Below are positions 1 through 9,241 of a DNA stretch of 64,000 nt, piece after piece. Within the stretch, counting starts at the first letter, position 1. The number at the start of each line of letters is the position of its first letter. The stretch comes from Acidobacteriota bacterium (GTDB lineage Bacteria > Acidobacteriota > UBA890 > WLXD01). The stretch spans positions 448,001 to 512,000 of the forward strand of contig CBDBHB010000008.1 of the NCBI GenBank assembly GCA_965205505.1, in the 5' to 3' direction. The notes below the pieces were generated by a model. That model was not told the origin of the DNA and did not search any database. It saw only the letters and a program-made list of their open reading frames with translations. A program made the position numbers and the translations under genes.

Positions 1-428
1 GGTACAAAATGCAATCCACGCGGCATATCCAGGCCGGCTCGCTGGAGACGCTTTTGTTTGATCTTCTGCATGGCTGGCCGGTCGATCTCAAACACTTGAA
101 GGCGTGGCATGAGATCGGACCGGCGAAGGGCAAACGAATCCATGCCCGCCCCGATGATCACATACTGGGTGATGCCAGCCACGACTGCGGCCTCTAGCGC
201 CTGTTCGGCGTAACGCGCCCGGATCAGTGTCCCGAGCGCGGCCGGTTGGAGGGCGCGCAGCACGCAGTGCGCCATGAGCCAGCTGGCGGGACGAATGCGC
301 ACAATCCAGCGCATGTATCGACCGCAAAGCAGAATGGCGTACGGGTCGTCGAGGAGCCGTACGCGGTCCCGCTGGTGCAGGGCACGGACTGCGGCCACGA
401 GGTCAGCAGTCGAGGCGCGTGTCTTCAT
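1..428 (-). CDS. Class I SAM-dependent methyltransferase (LCM/leucine carboxyl methyltransferase-like), runs off the window start
   Basis: Manual translation from ATG at 428: MKTRASTADLVAAVRALH...LDDPYA...RARYAEQAL...QYVIIGAGMDSFALR...VFEIDRP. These are the typical LCM-family motifs. Absent from the ORF track because the stop lies outside the window. Confidence 0.8.
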   Translation of the reverse strand, partial: MKTRASTADLVAAVRALHQRDRVRLLDDPYAILLCGRYMRWIVRIRPASWLMAHCVLRALQPAALGTLIRARYAEQALEAAVVAGITQYVIIGAGMDSFALRRSDLMPRLQVFEIDRPAMQKIKQKRLQRAGLDMPRGLHFV

Positions 429-496
429 GTGTGTGATCATATAGAGAAGATTCACGCCGAACGAGAAGGTCACGATGCGCATCGGGGAGGGAAGCC

Positions 497-1456
497 ATGC
501 ACAAACGGTCTTTCAGAGCACTGATCCTACGGACCTGCGTACTGCTGGTCGCGTTTATCGGCGTTAGTGTTGGCCCGGCCTGGGCACAGGCGAGCAGTGG
601 CTTTTATCTGAGCAGCGAGCGGGGCGCTAGCTTTGCCTCGGGGATGGATCTAATCGGAGACAGCGACGACCGGGAAAGCGCGTGCGACGAGTTCCTCAAC
701 CCGTGGTACTTGCTGGGCGGAGAGCGGTGCACGACGGCCGCTCGCGGAGAGGGGGATACCTGGAAGAGCGTGTTTGACAAGGCCAAGGGCATTGCGGCCG
801 GCGGGGCGCTCGGCTATCGTCTGGGGGGGCGGTTTCGGCTCGAGTTGGAGTACTTCTTCTACAACTCGGAGTACGATCAGACATCGCCGGTTGCGAGCGC
901 TGCGGGGGTTAACTTCGCCAAGCTCGGTCAAGAGATCGAACGGGCCGAGGAACGTCTCGGTAACCTGACCTCACACAACCTGTTCGGGAACCTGTATTTC
1001 GATTTCGTCAACAGCAGCCGGCTCACCCCCTATGTCGGGGTTGGTGCCGGAGTCGGGTTTACCGATGTGGACTTCGGGAGCGTTTGGGCGAGGAACCCCG
1101 ACCCGAGCAAGATCATCACGGGCGCAGACTTCCCGTTTGAATCCGAAGCCCAGCTAGCTGTGTTCCGCCGGAACCTGGCTGGCACCGTAAGCAGTGCGCA
1201 AAGCGAACTCAGCGACACGCTGTTCGGCTATCAGGTGCTGCTCGGTGCTGACTATGCCCTCACCGAGCGAGTATCGCTGGGCGTCCGGGGCCGCTGGGTC
1301 AACTACTCGTCCCTCACCGATGCCACTGTTTGGGACCCGTTACGCAGTCACGAGCCTAACGTGCGACGTGATGGAAGCGAGCCAGTGCAAGGCTGGATGA
1401 CGAGCCACGATATCGCCATGTTCGACCTCAGCATGAGCCTAAAGTACGCCTTCTAA
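497..1456 (+). CDS. Outer-membrane beta-barrel protein (opacity / Msp2-P44 / OmpA-TM-like)
   Basis: Signal peptide ending AWA-Q; motifs GYRLGGRFRLELEY, LFGNLYFDF, LTPYVGVGAGVG and FGYQVLLGADY; C-terminal YAF barrel signature. Confidence 0.8.
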   Translation: MHKRSFRALILRTCVLLVAFIGVSVGPAWAQASSGFYLSSERGASFASGMDLIGDSDDRESACDEFLNPWYLLGGERCTTAARGEGDTWKSVFDKAKGIAAGGALGYRLGGRFRLELEYFFYNSEYDQTSPVASAAGVNFAKLGQEIERAEERLGNLTSHNLFGNLYFDFVNSSRLTPYVGVGAGVGFTDVDFGSVWARNPDPSKIITGADFPFESEAQLAVFRRNLAGTVSSAQSELSDTLFGYQVLLGADYALTERVSLGVRGRWVNYSSLTDATVWDPLRSHEPNVRRDGSEPVQGWMTSHDIAMFDLSMSLKYAF

Positions 1457-1680
1457 TAACTGCCTGATCGGTCATGGACAGCACACGCAGCAATGCGGCG
1501 CGCCCCAATCGCACTTGCGAATTTCTCCTTGTAAGTTCCATTTCAGTACTCCCGGTGGTCCTAGTAGTTGGCGGATTCCCTTGCCGGACGGGCCAGCTGG
1601 TTTTGTGCCGCATGGCGGAGGTGACTACTCTCAACTTTAGCCCCTCGCCCCAAATCGCCCCCCAAGAAGGATTAAGGACG

Positions 1681-1854
1681 ATGGTCTCCCCGCTGATGTT
1701 CGCGTTCTTCTTGTTCTTGGTCATTGCGTTTCTGTTCGCGGTGTCTCGGAGCGCCCGCAACAGCACCATGACTACCGCAGCCGACCTGCGGGACGAGGAC
1801 CGATCCTCGGACGTCACCGCAGAGGAAGCGTTCTATCAGGACGAACAGAGCTAG
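1681..1854 (+). CDS. Small single-TM hypothetical protein
   Basis: AAGGA RBS before ATG 1681; one hydrophobic stretch followed by an acidic tail. Confidence 0.4.
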   Translation: MVSPLMFAFFLFLVIAFLFAVSRSARNSTMTTAADLRDEDRSSDVTAEEAFYQDEQS

Positions 1855-1977
1855 TAGGACTTGCCCTCTGACGTGATCGTGCCATCAGAGGCAAGCGGCG
1901 ACGGGGGTTCGAGTGGGTTTATCGACCTCTCCCACTCACGGTGGTGCCGAGAACGGGTGCGAGGGCACTGCGCTCTC

Positions 1978-2228
1978 ATGTTGCTCACACTGGCGGGCCT
2001 GGCGATCTCGGCAGCCTTCCCGGCGCCCGGTGGTAGGATCGTCGCCTCAGGAGCCGGACGGCGCGCACGCACCCGATAGCGCCGCTCCCAGCATGGACGT
2101 CGTCCGCGCCGTCGAGCCGCCCGTGAAGGACGGCATCTTGGACGAATCCAGCTGGGCGCTGGCCGATGTCGCCACCAACTTTCCTGCAACGCGAGCCGCA
2201 AGAAGGTCAGCCGGCAACCGAGCGTACC
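1978..2228 (+). pseudogene. 5' remnant of a CBM9-like/DUF5916-type protein, frameshifted and cut by an IS end
   Basis: VRAVEPPVKDGILDESSWALADVATNF continues in another frame as LQREPQEGQPATERT and stops exactly at the IS end at 2229. Confidence 0.55.
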
Positions 2229-2278
2229 TGACCTGACCCCACGGTTAGTACCACGTCTAATCTCAGTAACTCGGTGCT
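2229..2278 (-). mobile_element. Isolated 50-bp right end of the IS3 element found intact at 31235-32494
   Basis: 49/50 match to the reverse complement of 32445-32494 (tgacctgaccccacggttagtacc...). Confidence 0.9.
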
Positions 2279-2304
2279 TGACCCCACCCCGAAATCAGTA
2301 CCAG

Positions 2305-3135
2305 TCAGAGGTTTAGGATTCGGTGTTCCGAAGCCTCCGGTTGCCAGCCCCTGGCGAACTCCGTAGGAGTTCGATCGTTCAGTGAGCTGTGTGGTCTGTG
2401 GGTATTGTAATCAAGCCTCCAAGCCTCCAGTTTTCGGCGCGCGTCATCGATCGAGAAGAACAGGTTGGCGTTGAGGCATTCGTCGCGAAGCCGTCCGTTG
2501 AAACTCTCGATGAACGCATTCTCCACGGGCTTTCCCGGCCGAATGAACTCCAACTGCACGCCTCTTCGGTACGCCCAGGAGTCCATCGCCTGGGAGTAGA
2601 ATTCTGAGCCATTGTCGACGGTGATGACCCGTGGCAACGGCCCGGCAAACGACAGCCGCTCGAGTGCTCCAGCCACCGCCTTGCCGGTCATCGACACGCC
2701 CGGCTCAAGTAACGGACATTCACGGCTAAACTGATCGACCACCGTCAGCACCCGAAACGGCCGGCCACTCTCGAGCCGATCGGTCACGAAGTCCATGCTC
2801 CAGCGCTCGTTGGGCCGCTCTGCGGGCGGCAGCACAAGCCGTATGTGACTCGCCCGCTTGCGCCGTCGCTTTTTGGTCCGTACCTCCAGCCCCTCCTCTC
2901 GATAGATCCGATACACGCGCTTCTGGTTCACTACCCATCCCTCGCGGCGTAGCAACACGCACAACCTCCGATACCCGAACCGCGGACGCGCCGCGGCGAG
3001 CTCGCCAAGACGACGCCGCAGCACGGGGTCGTCCGTCCTTGTGCTCTGATACCGATGGCTGGTGCGCGACAACTCGATCAGCCGACACGCTCGACGCTCA
3101 CTGACACGGAACCCGTCCTGCAGGTACCGCACCAC
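2305..3135 (-). CDS. IS3 transposase OrfB (DDE/rve), expressed by -1 frameshift
   Basis: [39 protein letters not shown]. Confidence 0.93.
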   Translation of the reverse strand: MVRYLQDGFRVSERRACRLIELSRTSHRYQSTRTDDPVLRRRLGELAAARPRFGYRRLCVLLRREGWVVNQKRVYRIYREEGLEVRTKKRRRKRASHIRLVLPPAERPNERWSMDFVTDRLESGRPFRVLTVVDQFSRECPLLEPGVSMTGKAVAGALERLSFAGPLPRVITVDNGSEFYSQAMDSWAYRRGVQLEFIRPGKPVENAFIESFNGRLRDECLNANLFFSIDDARRKLEAWRLDYNTHRPHSSLNDRTPTEFARGWQPEASEHRILNL

Positions 3136-3155
3136 CTCGCGCTTGCGCGCCGGCT

Positions 3156-3422
3156 TTACACCTTTTTTGACAGCACCTCCTGGAGCATGTGCTTGTCCAA
3201 GCTCAGATCTGCCACCAGCTGCTTCAACTTCCGGTTCTCATGGCGGAGTTGTCGTAGCTCCCGAAGTTCGGCCACGCCCATCCCGGCGAACTTGCGGCGC
3301 CACGTGTACAACGTCTGCTCGCTGACGCCCAGCTTGCGACACACCTCCTTGATCGGCGTGCCCGCCTCAGCCTGCCGCAGCGCGTAGGCGATCTGCTCGT
3401 CCGTGTACCTCTTCCGCTTCAT
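3156..3422 (-). CDS. IS3 transposase OrfA (HTH)
   Basis: [21 protein letters not shown]...[15 protein letters not shown]; A6G slippery site at its 3' end. Confidence 0.92.
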   Translation of the reverse strand: MKRKRYTDEQIAYALRQAEAGTPIKEVCRKLGVSEQTLYTWRRKFAGMGVAELRELRQLRHENRKLKQLVADLSLDKHMLQEVLSKKV

Positions 3423-3496
3423 CTGTCCTCCTGCTTGGAGGACGACGGTACACCGATTTCCTAAACATCAACCTGGCACCGTTTTCGGGGTTTGGG

Positions 3497-6400
3497 TCAC
3501 AGGCATGTTGCATCCGGTGCGGGGACGCCATATTGGTCCAAGAGCACCGACCAGCCGCGCTCGCCTTCCGCGCCTGTCGATGCTGCCACCGGCACGACTT
3601 GTCCGCGCGCCACATCGATCAGCAATTGCTGTACCTGGTGGCTGGCACGGTCGATCAACTCGTGATCCGGCTGGTTGAAATAGGACAGTAGGCAACGGTA
3701 ACAACCCCGCACACAAGCCTCTTGTTCACGTTCCTCTAGAAGGTCGGGGTCGCCTGCATCAACGGCCTCTTCGACGTTGTCGAAATGCATCAGTTCGAGC
3801 GCTTGTTTCGCGACCCGGTTCAGTGCATCCGGATCCTCAATCAGACGGCTCAGCACGCCAGCGCCACCCTCAGCCGCCTCGTAGGCCAGGACAGCGCGCC
3901 GGTCATCCCTGCCGGGTAGCGGCTCGCCCAGGATTTCGCCTTCCTCCAGCTGGAACACCACCGTGATGCCCCGCATCAAGGCATGCTGGAGCGTGGCGAT
4001 TGTCTTTGGGTCAAAGCGATCGGGATCTTCGAACCGAAGCAGGAGGGCGTTCTTGCGATCCCGGACGATCGGGACGATCCGCACCGGCCGCACCGCATCC
4101 GGTGGGATCTCCACTTCCGGGTCTTCGTCCTCGCTCTTGGCCCAGTATCCGGTACGGGGATCGATCATGAATCCGAGTACCGTCTTGTCGCGGCGCCGCT
4201 TCAGCCCCTTGTTGATCCGACTGATCTGCGCGCTGTTGGCGTATTGCAGCCTGATCAGGGGCGCGTCCGCGACCTGGAACTCAGCCTCGATGACCTCGAC
4301 ACGGCCGTGCTTTCGCGGCCAGGCAAAAACCGTCTGAATCTCGAAGCCCTGACGAATGCGTTCCTCGTTATTGGCTGTTATCCGCTCGGCCGGCGCCGCC
4401 TCCACATTATTGATCCTGAGTGTGCGTTTGACCGGCAGCGCGTCAGCCATCGCCTCGTTGCAAGCGTGACAGCGTTCGACCTCGCCGTCGTGCGCTGCCC
4501 CGCAGTTCGGGCAGATGGTGATCTCCCGCGTCGCTAGTTCCTGACCGTCGTCGGTCCGGGTCTCGGGAGGTAGCTTCGCCTTGACGACCCGGAACGCACG
4601 CCCTTCGTGATAAATGAGGCTGCGAGGACCGAACTCGGAGATGGCGAGAAACCGGGCGCGCTGCAGGAAAGAACCGGACGTACCCTCACCGGGAACGAAG
4701 GCGTATAGGGGCAGCCGCGGGAAATTGTAGCCGGGTAGAAAACCTTCCGTCGCCAGGTAACGGTACGAGTAAAAGTCCGATCCGTTGGTTGCACGGCCTT
4801 GTTCAAGAAGGGCGATCTGATCCGTGGCCCGCATCTGCGCGGCCTTGATCTTGCGCCGATCGGCTCCCGACAGCCCCGGTACTTGTGACTGGCTGTTGGC
4901 CTCGATCAGTTGTGTGCGGGCGGAGTGATAGAGTTCACGCCATCGGTCGAAGGCCCTGTCGAATTCCTCCGGCGACTGGGTGGCAACCTCCCTCACATAC
5001 TCGTCCGGATCCGCCATCCAGCCAGGTTTGCGACCGTCCAGCGACGCAAGAATTTGCTCCAGGACACGGCGCAGTGGTCCGCATGCCTTGTCGACCAGAC
5101 CGGGAGCCTGGATAACCTCGAGGATCTCGTCTTTCAGGGGGTATCCGTTCTTCTGTAGGTCGAGGATCTCGGGAATGTCGGCAGACAGGGGTAACTGCGC
5201 CGAGGCAAGCCAGATCGCCTGCAGATGAGAAGCGACCAGGTTCTTGTTGGTGATCTCGAGTGCCGGCGGGCGTACCACACCGGCCACCATGTCGATGCGC
5301 CGATCGAAGAAATACTGATCATGCGGCGACTGGGCCGCACAGTACGTGAAGATGACCGCGGCCTGCCCTGACCGCCCCGCACGTCCAGCTCGTTGCGCGT
5401 AGTTCGCAGGCGTCGGCGGCACATTGCGAAGATAAATCGCATTCAGCGCCGAGATGTCGACCCCTAGCTCCATCGTGGGCGTGCAGAACAGGGCCGGCAA
5501 TAGGTGTGCCGACTCGCCGCCGGCCTTGATTTCCGTCTCGCACTCGGCAATCCGCGCTTGATCGTCGGCTTCGAAGCGGAAGCGCCATTCCCGCCATTCC
5601 CGCTGCCTCTGGGTCACCTGGGCCGTATGCTCGCGGCTCTCTATCCCGAACAACGAACTGGTCCTCACCCCGTCCAGATCGGCCGCAATCCGCGTATACA
5701 GGTCGTGAAAGTAACGGTTCCCTACAGCGGCTTGCTCTCGAGCGGCCGGTCCTGGAATGAGTCGGACAGCCGAGGGCGATAGACACCACCCTGGAAAATC
5801 GCCCTCACTCGAAGCCAGCGTCACAAGCCCTTCATCGGCCAGAATGGCAAGGAGTTCGGAGACAAAGACGAGGTAGTCGCCCCTCCCGAGCTTCGTGCCG
5901 ATGACGCTCTCGCGGTTAAGCAGGCGCGCTATGCGTGACTGCGGGCCCGCGCGAAGGACCAGCTGTTCTTCACGCAGACTCGTGACTCTCTTGCCGGGGG
6001 CCTTCAGAAACAGGGTTGTACGCCCTCGCGGTCTTTCCTTGCTGTCGATCGCCCACGGAACCTGCAGGAGCGACCGTGATCTCTGTGCAACGGTGTCCAG
6101 AACGGCAAGATCGAGTGCCTCGGTACCGACGGCCAAGCCTTCGAGCATGGCCCCTAGCAGGATCCGGAGGACCTTTCTGCGAGCATCATGATCCAGGGAT
6201 CCGAGCTCAGGCAGAATGGCTGGGAACCTGTTTCCGTCCGCGGCCACGTCGCCGAGTCCCACGAAATCCACTTCGATCAACTTCAACCTCGACAGGCTCG
6301 GATTCGTGAAACGCCAACCCCGACGCAAATCGGTCCAGACCCGGTGCGCGAGCACCTTGGCCAACGACCGCTCTGCATCGCTGCGAACCACCGCCCCGGC

Positions 6401-8497
6401 CTCGGGGTTCAGCATCCAGTGCATCCGCAGCGCTGCGTTCGAGCCGACAAAACCCAAGGCCCGTTGAACACGGAAGCCGAACTCCTCTTCCCGCAGGCCT
6501 TCCTCGCCAGCGTCGACAACGGCGCGCAGCATTGCTCCGCGCAGCAGGCTCACGAACACAAAATCGTTGAAATGCCCCGCTTGAAGTGCAGCGTCCTGGC
6601 GATTGTCCGTGAAGCCAAGGAGTTTGCGCTTCTCCTGTGCAACGGCATGGGCAGGCTCGTTCAGCCATTCAAGAGCGCTCGATACGAGAAGCGTCGTCGC
6701 TGAGCTCCGACCTTCAGCGGTCAGGCCCGCAAGCTTGCTGCGCTCGCGCATGGCCGCTTGTGGCTCATCGAGACAGCAGGTGCAGAAGGCGAATTTGCCC
6801 GGAATGAACCAGAATGGCTCACCGTCTTCGGCAGCACGGCCGCTGCCCGCGACCGTCACCATCTTCGGCACACGGCTCTTGCGGTACGACCGGAGCTTGG
6901 GCTGGCCGTTGCTTTCTTGTGTCCAGCCTTCCGGAAACTTCTCGAGCTCCCCATCGAAGCGGTAGTCCGGATCACCAACTCCGGATGGCGTTAGGTACCC
7001 GGCGACGTCGGTTTCGTCGTCGCTGCCGATCGGGGTGTCGTCGATATTGCGCGGCACGAACAACGGGCGATCCTCGTGCTGCCTTCTCGTCACCACGTAG
7101 TACTCCTGACCGCAACGGCGGCAGAAGCGAATCGGATACAGCCGGGTCCCCGGAGAGTCGGGATCCTCGAGTTGTCCCTCCAGCAGAACGGTTCGCGGCT
7201 TCAACCGCAATGTTGCGAAAATGTCGCCCGCTCCTGCGATGAAGCGGTGCAGCTTGAAGGCCAGGAACGATTGGTCGCCGGTACCGCCTCGGTCCTTGTC
7301 AGGAAGGCTGACGCGGGTCAGGAAGCTCTCCAACACGGCACCACAGCGCTCTGGGTCGATACCGCTCGCCTGCGCCAGCGATTCGGTGGCCTCGCCAAAG
7401 GGCATCGGCCGTCGGCGCTTCAGGATCTGCGCGTCTTCCAGACCGAGCTCGAGCTCCGCCCAGACCGCAAGCGGGTGGGTGAACAGCTCGTCATCGGTCA
7501 GCCGCTCGGGAACGTCCCCCTCGAGCACGCCCGCAAGCTTCGGGGCAACATCCGCGAGTGCGAGGCGATCGTCCGTGGCCCGGCGCAGGGACTCATCGAT
7601 CACCGCATCCGGGCCGATCGGGACTCCGAACAGACGTGAAGCCACTTCCGAGACCGCCAAGGCCCTGCTGCCATCGCTTCCTTCGCTGGCCATCGTCGCT
7701 GAGGTCCCGATACAGATCGGAGCCTTGTCGGGCGTGCAGCGGTCACGCATACGCCGAACCAGAATGGCGACATCAGCACCTTGGCGGCCACGATATGTAT
7801 GCAGTTCGTCCAGGACGATGAACTCAAGGCCGTTGGCGTTCGCGATGACTTGAGAATCGACGGGAGCCTGCCGGGTCAGCAACAGCTCGGCCATCATGAA
7901 GTTGGTCAGCAGAACATCCGGCGGATGATCCGCGATCCACTGCCTTTCCTCCTGACCCTCCTGCCCGGTGTATCGCCGTACCACCGGCTTGAGGTTGTCC
8001 GGAAGGCCTGACTGATCAACGAATTTCTCGATTTCCTTCACCTGGCTGTTAGCCAAGGCGTTCATCGGATACACGATGATCGCGCGTGTCCTCGGCGCAT
8101 GCCCGGCCTTCCGCGCCCGGATGATCGCGTCCACGATCGGCACAAAGAAGCAAAGGGACTTCCCCGATCCAGTCCCCGTCGTCACAACGTAACTGTGTCC
8201 GGCGCACGCTTTGGCGATCGCCTGTCCCTGATGCTTGTGAAGCGTGATCGGCCTCGACCCAAACCGGAAGATCTGGGCCGTCTCCGGGCAAATGTCGCCG
8301 GAATCGACGAGATCGTCGGTCGTTGGTCCCGCTTCGTAATGAGGGTTCAGGGAAAGGAGGACATCCGGCCAGAAACGGCCCTCCTCATACTCGCGTGCAA
8401 TCGCCTCACGCAGGTCGGCTGCCCGAATCGTGCTGAAAGACCGCGAGAATGAAGCGTAGCTATTGACGATGTGGTGATCGAATTCGAAGGCTTTCAT
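3497..8497 (-). CDS. Large SF2 DEAD/DEAH helicase with C-terminal DUF1998 (MrfA-type Zn) domain; extreme C-terminus cut by IS3
   Basis: TTGTGSGKS, YPMNALANSQ, LDELHTY, GTSAT, TMELGVDI, QRAGRAGR, several CxxC pairs and CVRGCYRCLLSYFNQ. The stop codon is supplied by the IS terminus. Confidence 0.9.
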   Translation of the reverse strand: MKAFEFDHHIVNSYASFSRSFSTIRAADLREAIAREYEEGRFWPDVLLSLNPHYEAGPTTDDLVDSGDICPETAQIFRFGSRPITLHKHQGQAIAKACAGHSYVVTTGTGSGKSLCFFVPIVDAIIRARKAGHAPRTRAIIVYPMNALANSQVKEIEKFVDQSGLPDNLKPVVRRYTGQEGQEERQWIADHPPDVLLTNFMMAELLLTRQAPVDSQVIANANGLEFIVLDELHTYRGRQGADVAILVRRMRDRCTPDKAPICIGTSATMASEGSDGSRALAVSEVASRLFGVPIGPDAVIDESLRRATDDRLALADVAPKLAGVLEGDVPERLTDDELFTHPLAVWAELELGLEDAQILKRRRPMPFGEATESLAQASGIDPERCGAVLESFLTRVSLPDKDRGGTGDQSFLAFKLHRFIAGAGDIFATLRLKPRTVLLEGQLEDPDSPGTRLYPIRFCRRCGQEYYVVTRRQHEDRPLFVPRNIDDTPIGSDDETDVAGYLTPSGVGDPDYRFDGELEKFPEGWTQESNGQPKLRSYRKSRVPKMVTVAGSGRAAEDGEPFWFIPGKFAFCTCCLDEPQAAMRERSKLAGLTAEGRSSATTLLVSSALEWLNEPAHAVAQEKRKLLGFTDNRQDAALQAGHFNDFVFVSLLRGAMLRAVVDAGEEGLREEEFGFRVQRALGFVGSNAALRMHWMLNPEAGAVVRSDAERSLAKVLAHRVWTDLRRGWRFTNPSLSRLKLIEVDFVGLGDVAADGNRFPAILPELGSLDHDARRKVLRILLGAMLEGLAVGTEALDLAVLDTVAQRSRSLLQVPWAIDSKERPRGRTTLFLKAPGKRVTSLREEQLVLRAGPQSRIARLLNRESVIGTKLGRGDYLVFVSELLAILADEGLVTLASSEGDFPGWCLSPSAVRLIPGPAAREQAAVGNRYFHDLYTRIAADLDGVRTSSLFGIESREHTAQVTQRQREWREWRFRFEADDQARIAECETEIKAGGESAHLLPALFCTPTMELGVDISALNAIYLRNVPPTPANYAQRAGRAGRSGQAAVIFTYCAAQSPHDQYFFDRRIDMVAGVVRPPALEITNKNLVASHLQAIWLASAQLPLSADIPEILDLQKNGYPLKDEILEVIQAPGLVDKACGPLRRVLEQILASLDGRKPGWMADPDEYVREVATQSPEEFDRAFDRWRELYHSARTQLIEANSQSQVPGLSGADRRKIKAAQMRATDQIALLEQGRATNGSDFYSYRYLATEGFLPGYNFPRLPLYAFVPGEGTSGSFLQRARFLAISEFGPRSLIYHEGRAFRVVKAKLPPETRTDDGQELATREITICPNCGAAHDGEVERCHACNEAMADALPVKRTLRINNVEAAPAERITANNEERIRQGFEIQTVFAWPRKHGRVEVIEAEFQVADAPLIRLQYANSAQISRINKGLKRRRDKTVLGFMIDPRTGYWAKSEDEDPEVEIPPDAVRPVRIVPIVRDRKNALLLRFEDPDRFDPKTIATLQHALMRGITVVFQLEEGEILGEPLPGRDDRRAVLAYEAAEGGAGVLSRLIEDPDALNRVAKQALELMHFDNVEEAVDAGDPDLLEEREQEACVRGCYRCLLSYFNQPDHELIDRASHQVQQLLIDVARGQVVPVAASTGAEGERGWSVLLDQYGVPAPDATCL

Positions 8498-8800
8498 GCA
8501 TCGTCCTGCAAATTGCGTCCTTCAATAGCGAGTAGGACGGTCATGAATCCTCAACGTTTTCGGCCGCCACACCTGACGCCGATACCAGTGTCAGACGCCG
8601 GCGCAGCACCCAACATTACCGGTTCCATCCCGCCGGCATGACCCACGGACATACGGAGCGCCTGACGCGATCGCAGCAGCCTCTTCAGGGGCGCAGCTAG
8701 AGCTTGTGCCGTTAGTGGACTCCGGTCGTTCGGTACCTTGTGGATTTCCCGGCCACTGGTTCGCCGAGACTGCCCGGTATCTCACGCGTCCCTTCGTCTT

Positions 8801-9061
8801 CTATCTCCTGGACCTGCCTGCATCTACGAGCTTCTCCAGCCCGTACACGATCGTCTGGTGGGCGAACTCCTGACCCTGTTTGCTGAGGCTACGCTGGATT
8901 TCGGCCACCGTCATCGACTCGCTGCTGCTGCTTAACAACTCCAGCGCAAGCTCGTAGCTCCGTCCCCGTTTCGGTTGCTGACGCGTCTTGCGTGTCTTCT
9001 TCTTGGCCGGCGACATCGCCTTGGCCGCCGTGCCCGGGTGCTGCAGCGTCGCCTGTTTCAT
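8801..9061 (-). CDS. Small basic winged-HTH-like protein, possibly the 3' remnant of a longer gene
   Basis: ELALELLSSSSESMTVAEIQRSL...HQTIVYGLEKLVDAG resembles a wHTH; K/R-rich N-terminus. Confidence 0.45.
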   Translation of the reverse strand: MKQATLQHPGTAAKAMSPAKKKTRKTRQQPKRGRSYELALELLSSSSESMTVAEIQRSLSKQGQEFAHQTIVYGLEKLVDAGRSRR

Positions 9062-9241
9062 GGATCCCACGGCGGCTTCCAGTGAACGCAGCTAACCTGG
9101 AATCAGGCCCCCCGAGAGCCACCACGATTCTCTTCCCCTTCCGGGGAACCTCGAACTATTTCTCGGATACTTCGGTTTTCATGGCCACGCTTCCGAGTTT
9201 GGCCAAGGAGGAGGTCAGTCAAGTCGTGGAGCTCGCGTGAC

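Larger units (their letters stand above)
2279..3499 (-). mobile_element. IS3-family insertion sequence, no target duplication visible
   Basis: TG...CA ends with imperfect IRs (tgaccccaccccgaaatcagtacca / tgacccaaaccccgaaaacggtgcca); orfA and orfB; flanks tgct and cagg differ. Confidence 0.92.

Noticed and set aside
1560-1625. tggcgga motifs as the second att site or a tRNA remnant
   Set aside because: Matches of 7-9 bp are expected by chance, no cloverleaf is visible, and the site lies beyond an IS-generated junction.
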